Below, piece by piece: positions 58,286 to 64,000 of a stretch of 64,000 nucleotides of DNA. A program made the position numbers and the translations under genes. This stretch comes from a virus, in the IMG/VR virus record IMGVR_UViG_3300026484_000394, positions 33,198-97,197 of that record; one strand, written 5' to 3'. The notes under the pieces are model-generated. The model did not search any database, had not been told where the DNA came from, and saw only the letters and a list, made by a program, of their open reading frames with translations. Each line of letters begins with the position of its first letter. Position 1 is the first letter of the stretch.

Positions 58286-58291
58286 ATTATA
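58286..58291 (-). promoter_or_regulatory. -10 box ahead of the Gp49-family gene
   Basis: gtTATAAT on the minus strand about 30 nt before an ATG with AAGGA RBS. Confidence 0.45.
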
Positions 58292-58297
58292 ACTATT

Positions 58298-58747
58298 TTA
58301 TTCTTTCAACTTGATTACAAATTTTTTGTCTATTACTGCAAAAGCAGCTTGGACATCTTCTATGTTTCTCACTATAAAGTAATGAGCTCCAACCTTTTTC
58401 ATTTTAGCTTCCATGCGAATCTGCTCTTTTGTCTGTTTGCCATTATGCTTTTTTACTTCTAGCCCCATATAGATTCCCCTATATAGAACTGTTATATCTG
58501 GCAGCCCTGGCTCACTTGTACATTTGTAATGGCCCACTGCTCTTTTGACTGATGCCATAATAGACGATTTTTTAATTGGAGATAGTCCTAGTTTGCTGAT
58601 TACTCCAGCAACTGCTCTAACTGCTACAGCAGTAAAAGAGCCCGAGTTTTGTCTCCAAAATACAATGTTTCGCCTGTGTGCAAGATATTGTAGTATTTTT
58701 GCTTGTATTTCTTTTTCGAGTGGTGGACCCTTAAGACTCGCTGCCAT
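58298..58747 (-). CDS. VRR-NUC (PD-(D/E)xK) nuclease / resolvase-like
   Basis: EKEIQAKILQYL, FWRQNSG, GLPDI...GLEVKKHNGKQTKEQ. Confidence 0.85.
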   Translation of the reverse strand: MAASLKGPPLEKEIQAKILQYLAHRRNIVFWRQNSGSFTAVAVRAVAGVISKLGLSPIKKSSIMASVKRAVGHYKCTSEPGLPDITVLYRGIYMGLEVKKHNGKQTKEQIRMEAKMKKVGAHYFIVRNIEDVQAAFAVIDKKFVIKLKE

Positions 58748-58748
58748 A

Positions 58749-59435
58749 TTAACCCCTTTGAATATGTATTTTTTTTGTTTCTGGATTTAGAAACCCGTGT
58801 GTTTTTCTAGCAATGTAATTAGCCGCCGTAGGAAGTGCTCCAAGACTAAGATATGAAGTCTCAGAACCCAAAATAACTGGAAGTCCTGCTAAGACAGCCT
58901 TTCGACCTCCAAAGCGATGAAGAGTCTGAAGGGCTTTTGCATTTGCCCTAGTTTCTTCTATGATAACAGGAGCTGTAATTCCAGCAGACACAAGCTTGTG
59001 GGTTTTTGACAACTCTTTGCCCTCTGCTCCAAGCTTGGCTGCATAGACGGTATCTCCAAGTGTCCCGAGAAGACCTCCACTATAAGCAACTAAGCCTGCC
59101 TTGTGTTTCAACATTGGACTTGAAGCATGTCCCAATTCGTGAGCAACTATCGAAGCTTGTCGAAATCTACCATCCGGGCCAACACGGATAATGTCATGTT
59201 CTTTGCCCGAAGCAAGTCTAGATTCGTATGCCGGCATAGAGTGTTCTTCAAATATTATCTTTTGTTTTGCTCCGGATAGTTCTTTTAATCGAGACAGTTC
59301 TCCGTCTGACATAATCTCTTCAGGACTTGACATTATCACATGAGCAGCCCCACCTCCAATTATCTGTTGGCCAACCATCGAACCCACAAGGCCAGCACCC
59401 ATGGCTCCTCCACTAAATTCGTGTTTCTCTTTCAT
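58749..59435 (-). CDS. putative membrane-associated zinc metallopeptidase
   Basis: VAHELGHA (HExxH) plus downstream EETRAN; Gly/Ala-rich hydrophobic segments. Confidence 0.7.
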   Translation of the reverse strand: MKEKHEFSGGAMGAGLVGSMVGQQIIGGGAAHVIMSSPEEIMSDGELSRLKELSGAKQKIIFEEHSMPAYESRLASGKEHDIIRVGPDGRFRQASIVAHELGHASSPMLKHKAGLVAYSGGLLGTLGDTVYAAKLGAEGKELSKTHKLVSAGITAPVIIEETRANAKALQTLHRFGGRKAVLAGLPVILGSETSYLSLGALPTAANYIARKTHGFLNPETKKIHIQRG

Positions 59436-59460
59436 TTTATCTCCTTGTTACATTTTTTTG

Positions 59461-60453
59461 TTAATTTTCACTCTTCTTAGGCAAAACTTCCGTTAAAGCC
59501 TTTTTAATCTCTTTTGCAATAGCAGTGATTACCGGAACAGTTACTGAATTGCCTATCTGTTTATACAAATGAGAGTTAGCTAAATCTTCACTCAATATAA
59601 AAGTATCGTCATATCCTTGAAATCTTGCACATTCTCTCGGTGTAAGTTTTCGTATATCTTTCTTATCAATAATCAGAGGCACATTATGACCACCTGTACC
59701 CATATTTGCAGTTAAAGTAGGGCAAAGCTTACTTTTATTTTCTCTAACATATTTTCTTCTCCATTGATATACTGTGTCATTATTTTTCATTTCATCTTTT
59801 AACTGAGTATAATATCTGCTATTTGTATAATAGAATCTCTCGTCAGCTTCGTCATCAATTAGATCGTTAATTGTTTTTGTTAGTTTTTTTGGTTTTGGAA
59901 AATCAAATCTATCACATACTTTCTTATCTTTGAAACCTACGATATAGATTCTCTCTCTGTTTTGTGGCACATTTGAATACTCAGCAGTATTTAATACTTT
60001 ATAATTCAAATAATAACCACGACTTTCAAGCTCATCTTTGATAATCTCAAATGTTCTGCCCTTGTCGTGACCAATTAGATTTTTCACATTTTCCAAAAAT
60101 AGTATTTCAGGTTCTAAATCATCAATAAATCTTAATATCTCAAAGAATACATGACCTCTATCATCATTGAAACCTTTTCTATATCCTGCTACAGAAAATG
60201 CTTGACAAGGGAAGCCACCAGTTAAAATATTTATCTTACCGACTTCATCTGTTCGCAAGTCTTTTAAATCTTTTTCATATAATTTATGCTTGTGGTTTTT
60301 TCTATATGTGATAGCTGCTTTACTATCTATTTCATTTGCCCATGATATACTAAACCCTGCTTTTTTAAAACCTAACTCAATGCCGCCAATCCCTGCGAAT
60401 AACCCACCAATTTTGTAGTCTTTAGCTGTTATTTTTTTCATAGGAGCAGTCAT
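59461..60453 (-). CDS. orphan DNA (cytosine-5) methyltransferase
   Basis: Motifs FAGIGG, GGFPCQAFS, LENVKN, PQNRERIY, RKLTPRECAR, QIGNSV; TRD CPTLTANMGTGGHNVP. Confidence 0.95.
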   Translation of the reverse strand: MTAPMKKITAKDYKIGGLFAGIGGIELGFKKAGFSISWANEIDSKAAITYRKNHKHKLYEKDLKDLRTDEVGKINILTGGFPCQAFSVAGYRKGFNDDRGHVFFEILRFIDDLEPEILFLENVKNLIGHDKGRTFEIIKDELESRGYYLNYKVLNTAEYSNVPQNRERIYIVGFKDKKVCDRFDFPKPKKLTKTINDLIDDEADERFYYTNSRYYTQLKDEMKNNDTVYQWRRKYVRENKSKLCPTLTANMGTGGHNVPLIIDKKDIRKLTPRECARFQGYDDTFILSEDLANSHLYKQIGNSVTVPVITAIAKEIKKALTEVLPKKSEN

Positions 60454-60969
60454 TTACTTATCTCGAGAAGAAGGTGTGTTCCCCGATTCCATAGAATTCA
60501 CATCTTCCAAAAAGCTTGCGCTATTTACAAAATGCGCACCTTCAAAAAAGTTTTCACTATCTATAACTAGTTTATATTTCACACTAACTTGTATGTTCGT
60601 ATTGATATAAGCACGAAGTTGGGATCTGTGTATACGTATAGCTGCTGGTATCCCTTTTTTGCACCTACATTTTCTTCTCCTCCAATAACTGTTAAGCATG
60701 CAATCTCGGTCAGAAATAATTATTATGTAAATAGCGGCTTCTGAATTGGAATGGAAGAGTTCATGCTTCTTGCATTTCTGAGGGGAATAACGATAATAAT
60801 ACCAACCACCGTGATAAAAGCAACGATGTATAAAAGGAGTATAAGGACAAGGAAAAGCAGCCTCAAGCTCTTCTAACTTACTTTTAGGGAACATTAGATG
60901 TCTCCCCGGAAATCCTACTTTGTTATAAGCAGGATTTACATGCCATATCTTTGGTGCTACTGGTTTCAT
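60454..60969 (-). CDS. hypothetical basic Cys/Tyr-rich protein
   Basis: 171 aa exactly filling the gap between portal (TAATG coupling) and MTase. Confidence 0.6.
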   Translation of the reverse strand: MKPVAPKIWHVNPAYNKVGFPGRHLMFPKSKLEELEAAFPCPYTPFIHRCFYHGGWYYYRYSPQKCKKHELFHSNSEAAIYIIIISDRDCMLNSYWRRRKCRCKKGIPAAIRIHRSQLRAYINTNIQVSVKYKLVIDSENFFEGAHFVNSASFLEDVNSMESGNTPSSRDK

Positions 60970-62783
60970 TATTGTTGTCCTTGCTGTTGAGCCTGTTGTG
61001 CTGCTTGAGTAGCATCTTTCCTGCCATTAAATTCCATGCGTTCTTTAGTGGCAACATATAGTAGCCAGTTCTCTTTTTGTAGTCTATCCATCTCTGACTT
61101 GCGTTGACCAGCTTCCATCTGAGATAATTGTTGAGCCATTTGATCAGCTTCCTGCATAATAGCTTGTTGATTAACTTGCTGAGTAGAGCTTTGTGAAAGC
61201 ATTGCTTCCGTTTTCGCTTTCTCTTCAAGATTTTGAGAAAGATTTGTTGTAAATTCTTGTATCTCAATTTGTCTCTTAGCATTCTCTTTCGCCTCTGCTG
61301 TCATTCTTGTTTGTTCTGAAGTGGCGTTCATAGTGAAGTAAGCACCCATTGTATGGTCAGATATTTTACCTGATTGAAATAACTGCAGAAGAATTTGCTT
61401 CTCAGAGATATCATCTACTATTCTAAATGGTGTTATTTTAATAGGTATTGCTTTTTTCTTTCTCATCACAGCTACTTTCTTGACAGTAAAGTTAGCAATC
61501 TTTTCCATTGAGGTAGTTAAATTCATTAACTGATTCTCTAGTACCCTGATAGATGCTCCAGCTGCATTGTACCCAAGGCCACCTTTTACAAATTCTACGG
61601 GAACACCGATACTATTCATAGCCATCACTGACACTTCGTCAATCTCTTTTGCTAGGTTAAGTGTCTTCCCTTCTCCAAATGCAGTCATCGTGTCAAGAGG
61701 AATAGGAAAATATTTAATTGAGGTTGGATCATTCTTATGTTGTGTAAGTAGAGTCTCAACTCTCTTGTTTACATCAGAACCTGACATATAGTTATACATA
61801 GGGTTCCCATCTGCCCCTGAAGTTCTTGGAACTAAACCTCTGAAAGGAAAAATCATATCACTAAGAATTTTTTCTTGGCTCTTTCTGAGCAGCAACAGAG
61901 AGATCATCTCTGGAATAGCTGAAGTAAGAATAGGCATTCCCCATCCTGAGTTAACTCCAATCATTTTTTTTCTTCTTAAGTGCAGTATCTTATCATTATC
62001 AAAGAAGACCATCGTATTCTCAACTGCTGACTGAATTAAGTCAATCGGCTGTGAAAACAACATACTTAAGAATCCATCTGTGATCATCTTTCTCTTGCTG
62101 TTTGGCATCTTGTAATAGAATGAACTTTTCCCTGTAATATCGTCAGTTATAATATTCATATTTTGCCCTGGCCAATTCACTACATTTATCCCAGAGATAT
62201 CATTTACTGGTATGTCTGCATGAGTAAAAATTGTATCTGCACTACAGTCAGGACAAACACCTTTAAATACAAGAGTTTTCTTTCTAGTTTTCTTTTTCCC
62301 TTTCCCAGTTGAAATTTCTTCCATAGATGGTTTAAGTTTACTATTATCATTAAATTGTCTCTCGTGAAGTATCTTTTGGCACGAAAGGCAAGTCATAGTT
62401 CTCTTGATTGGAGTGTATACAGACACGAAAAGATTTCCATACAATAAATAAGTGAAAGCAAGCTCTTTCAAGATATCTTTCATATCTAGCTCATCTTCTA
62501 ATATTGACTTCCATGACTTCTCATCACTTGGACTTACCTCCGATAGATCATCAGTAACATATTGAAATGTTGTAATTGATACAGATGACATTTTTTCTAA
62601 TGCACTGGCCACAACTGGGACATTAGCATTAATAAACTCTGACCATTGGAAAATCTCTTTAATATCATTAGGTAATATGTCTGCGTAGACACTACTTAAA
62701 TTATTATATCTCCCCATAAACTTTCTGTTATACATTTTTCCATTAAAAGTGTTCATATTATTTTGTAGCCTCTTTATATTCAA
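60969..62783 (-). CDS. probable portal protein with Zn-ribbon insertion
   Basis: 604 aa; YLLYGNLFVS, ILHLRR...GWGMPIL, IGVPVEFVKGG portal-like motifs; CLSC...CPDC; Gln-rich C-terminus. Confidence 0.72.
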   Translation of the reverse strand: MNIKRLQNNMNTFNGKMYNRKFMGRYNNLSSVYADILPNDIKEIFQWSEFINANVPVVASALEKMSSVSITTFQYVTDDLSEVSPSDEKSWKSILEDELDMKDILKELAFTYLLYGNLFVSVYTPIKRTMTCLSCQKILHERQFNDNSKLKPSMEEISTGKGKKKTRKKTLVFKGVCPDCSADTIFTHADIPVNDISGINVVNWPGQNMNIITDDITGKSSFYYKMPNSKRKMITDGFLSMLFSQPIDLIQSAVENTMVFFDNDKILHLRRKKMIGVNSGWGMPILTSAIPEMISLLLLRKSQEKILSDMIFPFRGLVPRTSGADGNPMYNYMSGSDVNKRVETLLTQHKNDPTSIKYFPIPLDTMTAFGEGKTLNLAKEIDEVSVMAMNSIGVPVEFVKGGLGYNAAGASIRVLENQLMNLTTSMEKIANFTVKKVAVMRKKKAIPIKITPFRIVDDISEKQILLQLFQSGKISDHTMGAYFTMNATSEQTRMTAEAKENAKRQIEIQEFTTNLSQNLEEKAKTEAMLSQSSTQQVNQQAIMQEADQMAQQLSQMEAGQRKSEMDRLQKENWLLYVATKERMEFNGRKDATQAAQQAQQQGQQ

Positions 62784-63507
62784 TTGCTTCTACATCCACA
62801 TATTCTTCAAGCTCTCTGTTAAAGACTGGCATCTCTATCTCTGCTGCTGGTTCTATTGTATTAAGTGATTTAATAGCTGAAACAATACCATCTATTGAAC
62901 TGGTATTTGTTCCTGCTGTTCTAGCACTTTTTTCTACTATAGTCATTATGTCTTTTGCCGCGGCAAGTCGAACACGGTTATCTTCCATCGTGCCGTCTCG
63001 TCGTGCATTTCGAGTATCCCAAATTGCTTGTTGAGCTATCAGTGTCTTTTTCTCTTCCATATCATCGACATCTATATTGATATCAAATTGTTCTAGAATG
63101 ATACTTGTTCCACCATAGCGTGCTTCTCGTAAAATCTTACCGAAATTATACTCTTCTGAGTCTTCGTTATACATTAATAGGTCTTCCACATATTCTGTGA
63201 ACCCGATAGACCCTCTTAGCTTATCAGTATCAAAGAAGATAGCTTTGTACGCCGCTAAGGTTTCCTCTGCCATTCCTGTATGTTTAGCTATAAAAGAAAA
63301 GTCTGCTTCTGCAAAAAGCAATGTTTCTACAAAAGCTTTTCTTACCTTGCGACCATATATATACATTACTTCTTTTGCCTCAGAAGAATATGTAGTAAGA
63401 ATTCTTCTCTTTACAGCACTGATATTGACAGCTAATTCCAAATGCTCATCACTTTTGGGTTCTGTATCTATCTCCCAACTCCTGTCAAATACTGTTAAGT
63501 TGTCCAT
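62758..63507 (-). CDS. HTH-containing protein upstream of portal (possible small terminase)
   Basis: FSFIAKHTGMAEETLAAY is HTH-like; function inferred from position only. Confidence 0.45.
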   Translation of the reverse strand: MDNLTVFDRSWEIDTEPKSDEHLELAVNISAVKRRILTTYSSEAKEVMYIYGRKVRKAFVETLLFAEADFSFIAKHTGMAEETLAAYKAIFFDTDKLRGSIGFTEYVEDLLMYNEDSEEYNFGKILREARYGGTSIILEQFDINIDVDDMEEKKTLIAQQAIWDTRNARRDGTMEDNRVRLAAAKDIMTIVEKSARTAGTNTSSIDGIVSAIKSLNTIEPAAEIEMPVFNRELEEYVDVEAIEYKEATK

Positions 63508-63516
63508 GACACACCT

Positions 63517-64000
63517 TTAGCTAATTAAAGATGTATCAATCGTAAAGTCTGTCATTCTGTTTAGCAGAGTCTTTCCTCTATTTATAAAGCTATCCAGTTG
63601 TTTCTCCCCAACTTGATCTGCAAATGTTGATCTCTGTATCTCTATCATAAGCAGTGTTCTAGCTAATCCGTTAACCCCTTTATCTATATCGTCTAAGTAT
63701 TCTGTAATTACCGCTTTTGCATCCGATGAATCTACTAAATACGAAAGAATACTAGCATTCAGAACATCTTTATCTGCTATTGACTGCAGTTGAGTTAACA
63801 TCTCAGGAGACATGTTTGTGTTATACCCCTGTTGCTGTAGGTTTGCTTGCGTTTGTGCTTGAGCATTCGGGTCTTGCTGTGCTTGAGCATTCGGGTCTTG
63901 CTGGGCTTGAGCATTCGGGTCTTGCTGGGCTTGTGCATTCGGGTCTTGCTGGGCTTGTGCATTCGGGTCTTGCTGGGCCTGTGCATTCGGGTCTTGCTGG
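63517..64000 (-). CDS. 3' end of a protein with (QQDPNAQA)n linker (runs off window end)
   Basis: The frame of ORF 63517..63813 stays open to the window end and reads (QQDPNAQA)6-QTQANLQQQGYNTNMSPE... Confidence 0.8.
   Translation of the reverse strand, partial: QQDPNAQAQQDPNAQAQQDPNAQAQQDPNAQAQQDPNAQAQQDPNAQAQTQANLQQQGYNTNMSPEMLTQLQSIADKDVLNASILSYLVDSSDAKAVITEYLDDIDKGVNGLARTLLMIEIQRSTFADQVGEKQLDSFINRGKTLLNRMTDFTIDTSLIS
63857..64000. repeat. 24-bp coding tandem repeat, at least 6 copies
   Basis: GCYTGWGCATTCGGGTCTTGCTGK units starting at 63857, 63881, 63905, 63929, 63953, 63977. Confidence 0.95.

Noticed and set aside
60923-61282. 119-aa same-strand ORF inside the portal 3' end
   Set aside because: Alternative frame of the Gln-rich portal tail; no RBS or slippery site noticed
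63795-63986. ORF-track protein with MHKPSKTR repeats
   Set aside because: Wrong frame of the 24-bp repeat; unit variation is synonymous only in the QQDPNAQA frame
63857-64000. Possible CRISPR array
   Set aside because: Head-to-tail repeats with no unique spacers; coding
1-64000. Stop-codon reassignment, tRNA genes, DGR or retron
   Set aside because: Standard code gives near-complete coding density with TAA, TAG and TGA all used as stops; no cloverleaf, RT motifs or template/variable repeat pair seen by eye

Overview
64-kb segment of an AT-rich, large (jumbo-like) tailed phage genome covering most of the virion-morphogenesis region. The + strand (1-47373) carries a probable tape-measure gene, a phage GroES/GroEL pair, a tail-assembly-chaperone pair with a canonical -1 slippery site, a ~30-kb block of very large unassignable genes, large terminase, capsid-associated genes with the major capsid protein, a sigma70-family factor and a neck-like gene. 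The - strand (47375-64000) carries the portal, a C5 DNA methyltransferase, a Zn peptidase, a VRR-NUC nuclease, a Gp49/Acb4-type candidate anti-defence sponge pair, a coiled-coil fibre-like gene with a structured leader, a head-tail adaptor, an HNH endonuclease and an unusual RNA polymerase. That polymerase is one ~1410-aa chain fusing a compact beta subunit to only the N-terminal half of beta'. It has both catalytic barrels and NADYDGD, lacks the beta' zinc finger, bridge helix and trigger loop, and has a remodelled rifampicin pocket. Head-associated proteins share a recurring K-x-A-[S/A] motif, a candidate maturation-protease site. No tRNA, rRNA, CRISPR array or reverse transcriptase was seen. 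The host is not provable; AAGGA ribosome-binding sites and extended -10 promoters weakly suggest Campylobacterota. All family calls come from motif recognition by eye, not database searches.
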